Source: Deltaproteobacteria bacterium (GTDB lineage Bacteria > Acidobacteriota > Holophagae > Holophagales > Holophagaceae). Taken from it: a DNA stretch of 42,988 nt. The DNA lies in assembly GCA_020048105.1 (NCBI GenBank), contig JAIFMW010000111.1, forward strand, positions 1-42,988, given 5' to 3'. Position 1 is the stretch's first letter; the number at the start of each line of letters is the position of its first letter. Below are positions 17,293 through 25,259 of this stretch, piece after piece. The notes beneath the pieces were generated by a model. The model did not search any database, was not told the DNA's origin, and worked only from the letters and a program-made list of their open reading frames with translations. Made by a program: the position numbers and the translations under genes.

Positions 17293-17420
17293 CTTTTCTC
17301 TTTTATCGGTGTCCATCAGTGTTCATCGGTGGCCAAATTTTCTTCTTCGTTTTCGATTTTCAGTAGTTCACAAAACATAAAAAAACATTTGCCACCGATG
17401 AACACCGATGAGAAGTGTGA
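17293..17420. repeat. Composite hairpin element B (inside-out relative to A and C)
   Basis: The left arm (17305-17333) is ATCGGTGTCC ATCAGTGTTC ATCGGTGGC. The right arm (17391-17415) is GCCACCGATGAACACCGATGAGAAG, so the GGC/GCC ends face a 57-nt AT-rich spacer. It lies in a visibly AT-rich 410-nt gap between phoU and the porin gene. Confidence 0.65.
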
Positions 17421-17479
17421 TTCTATTTTTGAGAATAAACTCAACTTTGGCGGCAAGGTTGGAGTTCCGAGAGCGAGGC

Positions 17480-18166
17480 CTAGTGAGCTTCTGGCCCCAA
17501 ACTTTCGGGGTGGCGAATATCGGTACCTTGAGTTAGAAACACCACCATCTCGGCTAGATTCGTGGCGTGATCGCCAATCCGTTCGAGGTACTTGGCAATG
17601 GCCTGCACGCCCATGCCGCGTTGAATGGCAGTGCGATCTTCCATCATGACGAGCAGCACTTGGTGGAAAAGTTGGGAATAGATTGCGTCCACTCCACGAT
17701 CTCGTTCAATTACCCATTTGGCTTTGGCGGAATCCGCCGCCACAAAAGCGTCGAGCGCATCGCGAACCATGTTCTGCACGATATCGGCCATGGTCAAAAT
17801 ATCCGGCCAATCGCGGCGCGGTGGATCGGAGGAAATATCCAACACCCGTTCGCTGATATTCACGGCCAAATCACCAATGCGTTCCAAATCCGTTACTAGC
17901 TTCAGTGCCGTGGTGATGAAGCGCAGATCCGAGGCCACCGGCTGACGACGCGCCAGGATATTAAGGCAGAACCCGTCGATCTCTACTTCCAGACGATTGA
18001 TATCGTGATCGAATTCAATGGTGCGGTTGGCCAGAGCGTTGTCTTGTTCATGAAAGGCGCGAACGCTTGTGGCCACCATGGTTTCCACCTTGGCACCCAT
18101 GAGCAAAATCTTCTCGCGCAGCTTCGCGAGTTCGTCTTCAAAACCTTTGTCGGTGTGCAGTGTCAT
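17480..18166 (-). CDS. phoU: Phosphate signalling complex protein PhoU
   Basis: The two-repeat PhoU pattern is present (DxxINRLEVEID...ARRQPVASDLRF...DLERIGD, with a second copy ...LERIGDHATN). AGGA lies 6 nt before the ATG. Confidence 0.92.
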   Translation of the reverse strand: MTLHTDKGFEDELAKLREKILLMGAKVETMVATSVRAFHEQDNALANRTIEFDHDINRLEVEIDGFCLNILARRQPVASDLRFITTALKLVTDLERIGDLAVNISERVLDISSDPPRRDWPDILTMADIVQNMVRDALDAFVAADSAKAKWVIERDRGVDAIYSQLFHQVLLVMMEDRTAIQRGMGVQAIAKYLERIGDHATNLAEMVVFLTQGTDIRHPESLGPEAH

Positions 18167-18176
18167 ATCGAATCCT

Positions 18177-18320
18177 AAAAAGAAATCACCACGGAGACAC
18201 GGAGTGCACGGAGAAAAAGCTCGGGAGAAAGATCCTGGAGCAAGGACGACGAAGGGACACCTGCGATTGTTTCATTCTCCGCGATCCCTCCGTGTCCTCC
18301 GTGTCGCCGTGGTGTTTTTT
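18177..18320. repeat. Composite long-arm hairpin element C filling the pstB-phoU spacer
   Basis: The left arm (18187-18215) is CACCACGGAGACACGGAGTGCACGGAGAA. The reverse complement of the right arm (18275-18314) is CACCACGGCGACACGGAGGACACGGAGGGATCGCGGAGAA. The flanks are AAAAAGAAAT (18177-18186) and T6-7 (18315-18320/21). It spans nearly all 154 nt between the pstB stop and the phoU SD. Confidence 0.7.
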
Positions 18321-19181
18321 TCAGCCGAAGCGGCCCGTGATGTAGTCTTCCGTGCGCCGATCGGCGGGCCGGGTAAAAAGAGCATCGGTGGTATTGCATT
18401 CCACCAGATCGCCCAGGTAAAGGAAAGCCGTGTAATGGGACACACGCGCCGCCTGCTGCATGCTGTGGGTAACGATGACGATGGTGTATTTTTCGCCGAG
18501 TTGGTGAATGAGTTCTTCCACCTTGGCAGTGGCAATGGGATCCAGCGCCGAACAGGGTTCATCCATCAACAGGACTTCGGGTTCCAGCGCTAAGGCCCGA
18601 GCGATACAGAGGCGCTGCTGCTGTCCACCGCTCAGACTCGTGCCGCTGCGATTCAAGACATCCTTCACTTCATCCCAAAGGGCGGCCTGACGCAGGGAAC
18701 GCTCCACCAGATCATCAGGGCGCTCGGGGCGCATGCCAGCCAGCTTCCAACCCGCCAGAACATTATCTCGAATGCTCAGGGTGGGAAAGGGATTCGGCCG
18801 CTGAAAGACCATGCCCACACGGCGACGCAAAGCCACGGGATCCATGGCGCGGGTGTAGACATCCTGCCCATCGAGCAGCACCCGACCCTCCATGCGCGCA
18901 CCGGGGATCACTTCGTGCAAGCGATTGAGGCAGCGAATGTAGGTGGATTTGCCGCACCCAGAAGGCCCGATAAGGGCGGTCACTCGCTTTTCGCGGATCG
19001 GCAGAGAGATCTCTTTCAAGATCTTGTTTTTGCCGAACCAAGCGGAAAGATTTTCCGTGGCCATTTTCGCCGATTGGGAAGCACGGGCGGGACTCTGCGC
19101 CTCCTGATCCGAAACCAACAAGGAAGCCGAATCGTGCAGATCGAGTCGGGGCATGGCGAGCGTTGAAGAAAGCGCGTTCAT
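18321..19181 (-). CDS. pstB: Phosphate ABC transporter ATP-binding protein
   Basis: Walker A is GPSGCGKST, the signature is LSGGQQQRL and Walker B is LLMDEP. The tail is PstB-type ([18 protein letters not shown]). Confidence 0.95.
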   Translation of the reverse strand: MNALSSTLAMPRLDLHDSASLLVSDQEAQSPARASQSAKMATENLSAWFGKNKILKEISLPIREKRVTALIGPSGCGKSTYIRCLNRLHEVIPGARMEGRVLLDGQDVYTRAMDPVALRRRVGMVFQRPNPFPTLSIRDNVLAGWKLAGMRPERPDDLVERSLRQAALWDEVKDVLNRSGTSLSGGQQQRLCIARALALEPEVLLMDEPCSALDPIATAKVEELIHQLGEKYTIVIVTHSMQQAARVSHYTAFLYLGDLVECNTTDALFTRPADRRTEDYITGRFG

Positions 19182-19184
19182 TCG

Positions 19185-20030
19185 TTACCTCCCTTGGCCA
19201 GGTTGGCGAGTCATCACCCGAGCCAGGACATTGAGCACCAACACCAGCAACACCAGAGCCAGGGCCGCTGCCCAAGCTTGTTGATGCCAATCTTCATAGG
19301 GGGATACGGCGTAGGTGTAAATCTGCACCGGCAGCGACCCCATGGGCTGATCGAGCTTCAAAGAAAGAAAGCGACTACCAAAGGCGGTGAAGAGTAGCGG
19401 TGCCGTTTCCCCGGCTGCCCGCGCCACCGCCAGCATAATGCCCGTCGCGATGCCTGGCGCACCCGTGCGCAGCACCACGCCCAAGATCACGCGCCACTTG
19501 GGTATCCCCAGGGCAAGCCCGGCTTCCCTCAGAGAATCGGGCACCAATCGGAGGAGTTCCTCCGTGGTCCGCATGACGGTAGGCAGCATCAGGATGGCCA
19601 GCGCGATCCCACCGGCCAAGGCCGAGAAACGGTGCATCGTCAGAACGACCATGGTGTATACAAAAATACCCACCGTGATGGAAGGCACCCCGGACATTAC
19701 ATCCGCGGCAAACCTCACGATTTTGCCGAAGCGGTTATTACCGAATTCGGCGAGGTAAACGCCTCCGAGCACTCCTACCGGAATCCCGAAAGCACAGCCC
19801 AGCCCCACGAGAATGGCCGACCCCATGAAAGCGTTCGCCATGCCGCCACCGGTTTCACCCACGGGTTTTGGCAGCTGAGTAAAGAAGGCCCAGCTAAAGC
19901 CACCCAACCCCTTGAGCGTGAGGTCGTAGAGGACACTCGCCAAGGGCACCAGGGCCAAAAACACCATGCCCAGGCAGGCCCAACGAGCCACGATATCTGT
20001 AATTTTTCGCCGCTGAAAATGATCCAACAT
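19185..20030 (-). CDS. pstA: Phosphate ABC transporter permease PstA
   Basis: This is a six-TM permease with the EAA-like loop (SLREAGLALGIPKW). The start was set at ATG 20030, which shares one base with the pstC stop (TGATG). Confidence 0.9.
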   Translation of the reverse strand: MLDHFQRRKITDIVARWACLGMVFLALVPLASVLYDLTLKGLGGFSWAFFTQLPKPVGETGGGMANAFMGSAILVGLGCAFGIPVGVLGGVYLAEFGNNRFGKIVRFAADVMSGVPSITVGIFVYTMVVLTMHRFSALAGGIALAILMLPTVMRTTEELLRLVPDSLREAGLALGIPKWRVILGVVLRTGAPGIATGIMLAVARAAGETAPLLFTAFGSRFLSLKLDQPMGSLPVQIYTYAVSPYEDWHQQAWAAALALVLLVLVLNVLARVMTRQPGQGR

Positions 20031-21070
20031 CAAGCTCTCCCTGCGCCAGCCGGCACCTTGCCAACGCGCCAAATAAGGAGACGGGCCACGATGTTAAGCA
20101 CAACGGTCACGCCGAAGAGGATCAGACCCAATTCCGTGAGCGCTGCCAGATAGAGATCTCCCGAGGCTTCGGCATATTCATTGGCGATGACGCTGGCCAG
20201 AGAATACGAAGGATCGAAGAGGGAGAGCGAAATTTCCGCGCGATTACCAATCACCATGGTCACCGCCATGGTTTCACCCAAGGCTCGACCCAGACCCAAA
20301 ATCACGGCTCCCAAGATCCCCGAACTGGCGGAAGGCAATACGGCCTTGCGCACCATTTCCCAGCGCGTTGCGCCCAGGGCCAAGGCCCCTTCGCGAAGGG
20401 TACTTGGAACAGCCTCCAGCACGTCACGGCTTACCGAAGCGATCGTGGGCAGGATCATGATGGCCAGGATCAAAACACCCGCCATGAGCCCGAGGCCGCG
20501 TGGCGTTCCCTGAAAGAACGGCAGAAAGCCCAAGGTCTTTGCAAGGAAGGGCTGTACCGTTTCTCGCAACCAGGGCGCCAACACAAAGATGCCCCAGAGC
20601 CCGTAGATGACGCTAGGAATGGCGGCCAGGAGTTCCACCAGGAACCCTAAGGGGCGACGCACCCAGTTGGGTGCCAGCTCCGCTAGGTAGATGGCAATGC
20701 CCAAGGCGATCGGTACCGCCAGCGCAAGCGCCAACAGACTCGACACCACGGTTCCATAGATGTAGGGCAGCGCCCCGTAGGCATCCAGCACTGGATCCCA
20801 GTCTTTGCTGACCAGGAAATGCCATCCGAATTGCCGAATGGAAAGCATGGAGGTACGAATCATCTGGAGCGTGATTGCCCCTAGAACCAGAATCACCATG
20901 CCAGCAAGAATTCCGGTCACCCAGAGAAAGGCCCGATCCGCCGGATTGACAACGGAACCTTTTCGCAACGACAGCGATGACCGCAACGACTGCAATGACC
21001 GCCAAAGGCGGGAAACCCAGGATTCCGGGGCTCCCACCGATGGCGAATTCGTGTCTTGCTTCAGGGTCAT
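20030..21070 (-). CDS. pstC: Phosphate ABC transporter permease PstC
   Basis: The permease has the loop TLREGALALGATRWE. It lies directly downstream of pstS with a 1-nt gap. Confidence 0.9.
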   Translation of the reverse strand: MTLKQDTNSPSVGAPESWVSRLWRSLQSLRSSLSLRKGSVVNPADRAFLWVTGILAGMVILVLGAITLQMIRTSMLSIRQFGWHFLVSKDWDPVLDAYGALPYIYGTVVSSLLALALAVPIALGIAIYLAELAPNWVRRPLGFLVELLAAIPSVIYGLWGIFVLAPWLRETVQPFLAKTLGFLPFFQGTPRGLGLMAGVLILAIMILPTIASVSRDVLEAVPSTLREGALALGATRWEMVRKAVLPSASSGILGAVILGLGRALGETMAVTMVIGNRAEISLSLFDPSYSLASVIANEYAEASGDLYLAALTELGLILFGVTVVLNIVARLLIWRVGKVPAGAGRA

Positions 21071-21071
21071 C

Positions 21072-22106
21072 TTACTTCCGGGTAATCAGGATTTGACCGT
21101 TGGCCTTCAAGCTCTTCAGCTTGGCTTCGACCTTGGGCAGCACATCCTTAGGCAGCGGAGCGTAATCGAGGGCCGCAGCGAACTTCTGACCGTCATGAAT
21201 CGCCCACCACAGGTAATCGGCCACAGCCTTGCCCTTGACGGGATCCTTGGCATTTTCGTAGACCAGGATGTAGCTATAGGAAGCGATGGGGTAATCCTTG
21301 GCGCCATTGCTATCCGTGATGGACATGCACAGATCCGCAGGAATCTCGTTACCGGTAGCCGCCGAAGTGGTGGCTTCGGGGCTGGGCGTGATGAACTTGC
21401 CAGCCTTGTTTCGAATGGAGGCAACAGGAAGCTTATTCTGCTTCGCGTAGGCCAGTTCCAAATACCCGATGGCACCGGGCGTGGTCTTCACTAGACCGGT
21501 GACGCCTTCGTTGCCCTTGCCGCCCAAACCCACGGGGAACTTCACGCTCTTGCCAACCCCAACCTTACTCTTCCAATCGACACTGACCTTGGCTAAATAT
21601 TCCGTAAACACTGCCGTGGTGCCGCTGCCGTCGGAACGATAGGCCACGGTAATGGGCGTGGCAGGCAAGGAAACACCAGGGTTAATACCGGTCAGGCGGG
21701 CATCATTCCATTTGGTGATTTGCCCCATAAAAATGCCCGACAACACTTCGGGCGTCAGCTTCAACGAAGCACTCACACCGGGAACGTTGTAAGAGACCAC
21801 CACGCTGCCGAGGGTGACCGGGAGGTGGAAGATGGGCGACTTGGCCTTGGCCCGCTCCTGGGCGGTCATGGGCGCATCCGTGGCGCCGAAATCCACGGTG
21901 CCTTCGAGGATCTGCTTGATGCCCCCGCCGCTCCCGATGGACTGATAGTTGACATTCACGGATGGCTGCACCTTTTGGTACTCCGACATCCATTTCGAAT
22001 AAAGGGGGTACGGGAAGGTCGCGCCTGCACCCTGGACCACGGTTTGGCCCTGAAGACTCGCCGCTGCCACCATGGCACCTAGCGTTGCAATCCGAAGCAT
22101 GCTCAT
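21072..22106 (-). CDS. pstS: High-affinity phosphate-binding protein PstS
   Basis: AGGAGG lies upstream. A signal peptide is present. Family blocks are GAGATFPYPLYSKW, NYQSIGSGGG and GATDAPM. Confidence 0.93.
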   Translation of the reverse strand: MSMLRIATLGAMVAAASLQGQTVVQGAGATFPYPLYSKWMSEYQKVQPSVNVNYQSIGSGGGIKQILEGTVDFGATDAPMTAQERAKAKSPIFHLPVTLGSVVVSYNVPGVSASLKLTPEVLSGIFMGQITKWNDARLTGINPGVSLPATPITVAYRSDGSGTTAVFTEYLAKVSVDWKSKVGVGKSVKFPVGLGGKGNEGVTGLVKTTPGAIGYLELAYAKQNKLPVASIRNKAGKFITPSPEATTSAATGNEIPADLCMSITDSNGAKDYPIASYSYILVYENAKDPVKGKAVADYLWWAIHDGQKFAAALDYAPLPKDVLPKVEAKLKSLKANGQILITRK

Positions 22107-22141
22107 CGTTTGTTCCTCCTGGAATCACAGTACGGGCCCTA

Positions 22142-22170
22142 TGTGGCGACTCTGTGACGGAGGTGCGACG
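22142..22170 (-). promoter_or_regulatory. Putative Pho-box array upstream of pstS
   Basis: Three plus-strand heptamers lie at an exact 11-bp period: TGTGGCG (22142), TGTGACG (22153) and TGCGACG (22164). In the direction of transcription they read CGTCGCA, CGTCACA and CGCCACA. A weak -10 (TACTGT, 22127-22132) follows 9 nt downstream. Confidence 0.55.
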
Positions 22171-22186
22171 ATTGCGGAAAGCCTTG

Positions 22187-22357
22187 CTACTCCATCCCAG
22201 CCGGGAATAGGAAATAGGCAAGCAAAGCACCGCCTAGGATAAGCAACAGATCAAGCCATCCCCTGCCAGAAGGAATCGGGGAACGGGACCCCTCTGCCCA
22301 CAGGACGATTCGATGAAGCGGTTGCATGGAATGGAGGTGAAAGGTGTGGGATCGCAT
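22187..22357 (-). CDS. Possible 56-aa small membrane protein
   Basis: AAGGAGG (22364-22370) lies 6 nt before ATG 22357. The product is MRSHTFHLHSMQPLHRIVLWAEGSRSPIPSGRGWLDLLLILGGALLAYFLFPAGME, with a C-terminal TM helix. It sits between the pit terminator and the pstS Pho box. Confidence 0.35.
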   Translation of the reverse strand: MRSHTFHLHSMQPLHRIVLWAEGSRSPIPSGRGWLDLLLILGGALLAYFLFPAGME

Positions 22358-22430
22358 GGCGCCCTCCTTGGGAAGTGCCCAGGTACAAACTAGGGCGCCC
22401 CAACGATCAGGCCGTGACGTTTCTGTAAAC

Positions 22431-22462
22431 AAAACGCCCGCACCAAAAGGCACGGGCGTTTA
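22431..22462 (-). terminator. Intrinsic terminator after pit
   Basis: On the minus strand AACGCCCG..CC-TTTT-GG..CGGGCGTT is followed by TTGTTT. It lies about 20 nt past the stop at 22483. Confidence 0.75.
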
Positions 22463-22482
22463 TTGCGATACCAACAATCAAA

Positions 22483-23562
22483 TCATGGCTTACCTGTGGG
22501 TGGCATTGGGGTCACAACCTTAACCTGGGCCAATCGAGGATTGACCTTGAGGCCTGGCGCCACAGCCACGAGTGTCTTGTAGAAGGTCATTGCCAGCAGG
22601 GCGCTAACCGGAATCGTCAGCAGCCAAGCAATGAAGATATTACCTGCCAACCCCCACCGCACGGCGCTGGGGTTCATGCTCGTGCCCACGCCCATGATCG
22701 CGCCACTGATGGAGTGGGTGGTCGAAACGGGAATCCCGAAATGTGCGGTAGTGAAGAGCACGATGGCCGCAGCGGTTTCGGCAGCAAAGCCATGAATGGG
22801 CTTCAGCTTGGCGATCTTGTGCCCCAGGGTCTTGATGATCTTCCAACCACCACCCGCCGTGCCCGCGCCCATCATGAGGGCTGAACCAATTTTCACCCAC
22901 AGAGGCACCGGAACATTGCCAGCGCCAGCCGGCAGGTAGCCGTAGGTAATGAGGCCCAAACAAATGATGCCCATCGCCTTCTGAGCGTCGTTTTGTCCAT
23001 GGGTGAAGGCCATAGCGCCTGCGGAAACCAACTGCAATTTTCGGAAAGCGAAGTTTACTTTATGGATCGACATGCGGCGCACGATCCAAAGAATGCCGAT
23101 AATAAGCGCGGCGGCAACCAAGAAGCCAAGGGCAGGCGAAATCACAATGAAGGCACCGATTTCCCGCAATTTAGCCCATTTGAGACCTGAAACCCCGGCA
23201 TGCGCCAGGACGGCCCCGGCCAAGCCACCCATTAAGGTATGACTAGTGCTGCTCGGAATGCCAAACCACCAGGTCAGCAAATCCCAAAAAATAGCAGCCA
23301 AAAGCGCCGCAATAATGACCGCTGGCACCATCTGAGAACTATCGGCCAAGCCCTTTGCAATCGTAGTCGCCACAGAGGTGCCCATGAGTGCACCGGTAAA
23401 ATTCAGCACCGCGGCCATGACGATGGCGTATTTCGCGGGCATCACGCCCGTGGACACGACGGTGGCAATGGCATTGGCGGTGTCGTGAAACCCGTTAATG
23501 TAATCGATACACCAGGAGAACAAAACGATGGCGATCAACGCCAGAGGGACGTATTCAAGCAT
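22483..23562 (-). CDS. pit: Inorganic phosphate transporter, PiT (PHO4) family
   Basis: The N-terminal block is INGFHDTANAIATVVSTG and the second-half repeat is FTHGQNDAQKAMG. The protein is multi-TM. Confidence 0.92.
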   Translation of the reverse strand: MLEYVPLALIAIVLFSWCIDYINGFHDTANAIATVVSTGVMPAKYAIVMAAVLNFTGALMGTSVATTIAKGLADSSQMVPAVIIAALLAAIFWDLLTWWFGIPSSTSHTLMGGLAGAVLAHAGVSGLKWAKLREIGAFIVISPALGFLVAAALIIGILWIVRRMSIHKVNFAFRKLQLVSAGAMAFTHGQNDAQKAMGIICLGLITYGYLPAGAGNVPVPLWVKIGSALMMGAGTAGGGWKIIKTLGHKIAKLKPIHGFAAETAAAIVLFTTAHFGIPVSTTHSISGAIMGVGTSMNPSAVRWGLAGNIFIAWLLTIPVSALLAMTFYKTLVAVAPGLKVNPRLAQVKVVTPMPPTGKP

Positions 23563-23574
23563 GGTCCCGAATCC

Positions 23575-24222
23575 TCAAGCGTTCTTCATGACGGTGGAAC
23601 CGACTACCTTGGCGGCATGATCGATGCGATCTACGGCGGCTTCCAGGGTATCCAGGAGCTCCTTCCACTTGATCAACATGATGGGGTCTGGACTATTGGA
23701 GAATAGAGCGGAAAGAGCGGTGTGGTAGACAGCATCGGTCTGGTTTTCCAGTTCGCTGACAATGCGTATGTGCTTACGGATTTCTTCGGGATTGGACATG
23801 TTGCGCAAACTACCCACCAGAAAAACCAGTTCCTGGCAGCCCGAGACATTCATGGAAGCCAGCTCCCGATAGGCCGGTAGCACTGTCTTAACGTTATAGA
23901 GAACCAGACGATCTGCGATGGCGTCCAGATCATCGAGCACATCATCCAAGGCGTGGGCCAAGGTCAGGATATCTTCACGTTCGATCGGTGTAACAAAAGT
24001 CCGATCCAGGCGATCAATAATTTCATGGGTTATTTCGTCGCCCTTATGCTCGAGCACTTTCATCGCTCTGCGGAAATCGCCCCATTCTTCTCGATTTTCG
24101 GCCCCTACTTCCTTTTCGAAGAATTTGGCAGCTTCAAGTACGTTTGCTGCGGATGCTTCGAGCAGGTCGAAGAAAACCATTTCCTTGGGCTTAAGCCAGC
24201 GGATGAGTGCGTTCAAGGACAT
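23575..24222 (-). CDS. DUF47 / PhoU-like Pit accessory protein
   Basis: GGAGG lies upstream. The pattern (FFDLLEASAANVLEAAKFF...EHKGDEITHEIIDRLDRTFVTPIEREDI) matches the TIGR00153-type proteins that usually precede pit. Confidence 0.85.
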   Translation of the reverse strand: MSLNALIRWLKPKEMVFFDLLEASAANVLEAAKFFEKEVGAENREEWGDFRRAMKVLEHKGDEITHEIIDRLDRTFVTPIEREDILTLAHALDDVLDDLDAIADRLVLYNVKTVLPAYRELASMNVSGCQELVFLVGSLRNMSNPEEIRKHIRIVSELENQTDAVYHTALSALFSNSPDPIMLIKWKELLDTLEAAVDRIDHAAKVVGSTVMKNA

Positions 24223-24281
24223 GAAACCTCCGGTGGGGCTCAGGCCCCTGTGCTGATTATGGAACAGGTACGTGTCATTTC

Positions 24282-24314
24282 TGTGACGAAGCTCCGGTTC
24301 GTGGACTTCGTCAC
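24282..24314. promoter_or_regulatory. 9-bp inverted repeat carrying Pho-box-like half sites upstream of the DUF47-pit operon
   Basis: GTGACGAAG (24283-24291) and CTTCGTCAC (24306-24314) are separated by 14 nt. The minus strand reads CTTCGTCACAG, which shares CGTCACAG with the pstS array. It could also be a weak terminator for the upstream yibQ-like gene. Confidence 0.35.
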
Positions 24315-24317
24315 GCC

Positions 24318-25256
24318 TCAGTGTACCAGTTCTGAAACCTTTACAAAGTTCACTTGCCCTTTGCTGCGCGGGATGAGTTTTTCTAGAGCCTCCACGGTCT
24401 CCGGATAAATGTGGCCGATGATGATGACCTGTCCTTCAGCCCGGGCAAGCGTCAGGGCACGCTCCCACTGCTTGGCCATGGCTTCGAAGGCCTTGTCGTC
24501 ATCCAGGAACACCTTGCGCTGTGCCGCCGGGATCTTAAGTTCGACGGCCATATCAAAGGCCACTGAATCTTTTTCGGTGCGGCTATCCAGAAAAAAGCAA
24601 TGAGCCGCCTTGATCTCCTGAAGAATCCATTTCATGCGCGGACGATCCGGTGTAATGCGGCTACCCATGTGGTTGTTCACACCTTTGCGCCAAGGAACAT
24701 CCAAAAGTGCTTTTTTTACGCGGGCCCGAATTTCGGCCTCGGGCAGTTCGAACATCACGGCATTGGGACCTGGGTCTTTTCCAGGTCCTGGATATCCAAT
24801 GGGTTCCATGGGCAGGTGCAGCAGGATTTCCTTGCCCGCGCCATGGGCGATGGCGGCGCTTTCCTGTGTGAACTCCTGGAAGGGCAGCACGGCCGCGGAA
24901 AAGGCCACCGGTTGAGCACAAAGGCGCCTTACGAGCTCGGGAGCGGCGTAGCCGAAATCATCGATCACTAAAGCCAACCGGGGCAGCGCTGCGGTGGGCT
25001 GGGGTGCCGCTTGCGGTTTGTCCGTGGCCTTGTCCGGCAATCTCCCCGGCACGGCCACGGGAGAACTGGGTTTCGGTTTACGCGGAGGTTCGGATCGTTT
25101 GGTTTCCTGGTCTTGAGGTGGGCGTTGGGATTTCTTTTTACAGCCCTGATTGCTGAGCACTAAACCCAAGCCAAGGCCAAGCAAAAGCATCGCCACGCCC
25201 CAGAAGGCGAGAACACCGGTAGACCGTCGGCCTGAACTGCGCTTGCGACCGGCCAT
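24318..25256 (-). CDS. Divergent polysaccharide deacetylase (YibQ-like) protein
   Basis: An N-terminal TM and a Pro/Lys-rich linker are followed by LALVIDDFGY and NHMGSRIT-type blocks. The start lies 3 nt after the upstream stop. Confidence 0.8.
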   Translation of the reverse strand: MAGRKRSSGRRSTGVLAFWGVAMLLLGLGLGLVLSNQGCKKKSQRPPQDQETKRSEPPRKPKPSSPVAVPGRLPDKATDKPQAAPQPTAALPRLALVIDDFGYAAPELVRRLCAQPVAFSAAVLPFQEFTQESAAIAHGAGKEILLHLPMEPIGYPGPGKDPGPNAVMFELPEAEIRARVKKALLDVPWRKGVNNHMGSRITPDRPRMKWILQEIKAAHCFFLDSRTEKDSVAFDMAVELKIPAAQRKVFLDDDKAFEAMAKQWERALTLARAEGQVIIIGHIYPETVEALEKLIPRSKGQVNFVKVSELVH

Positions 25257-25259
25257 GAT

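Noticed and set aside
17135-17649. ORFs 17135-17380 and 17206-17649 in the phoU-porin gap, and ORFs 18160-18345, 18175-18399 and 18069-18593 across the pstB-phoU spacer.
   Set aside because: They are translations of the hairpin subrepeats and AT-rich spacer (for example SVSSVSPW-type peptides) or antisense to phoU and pstB. They have no SD and no coding-like third-position bias.
17293-18320. The hairpin subrepeats as a degenerate CRISPR array or as REP/RAYT elements.
   Set aside because: Each arm has only two or three units, the units directly abut with no unique spacers, the arrays are inverted, and no cas or RAYT-type transposase gene is in the window.
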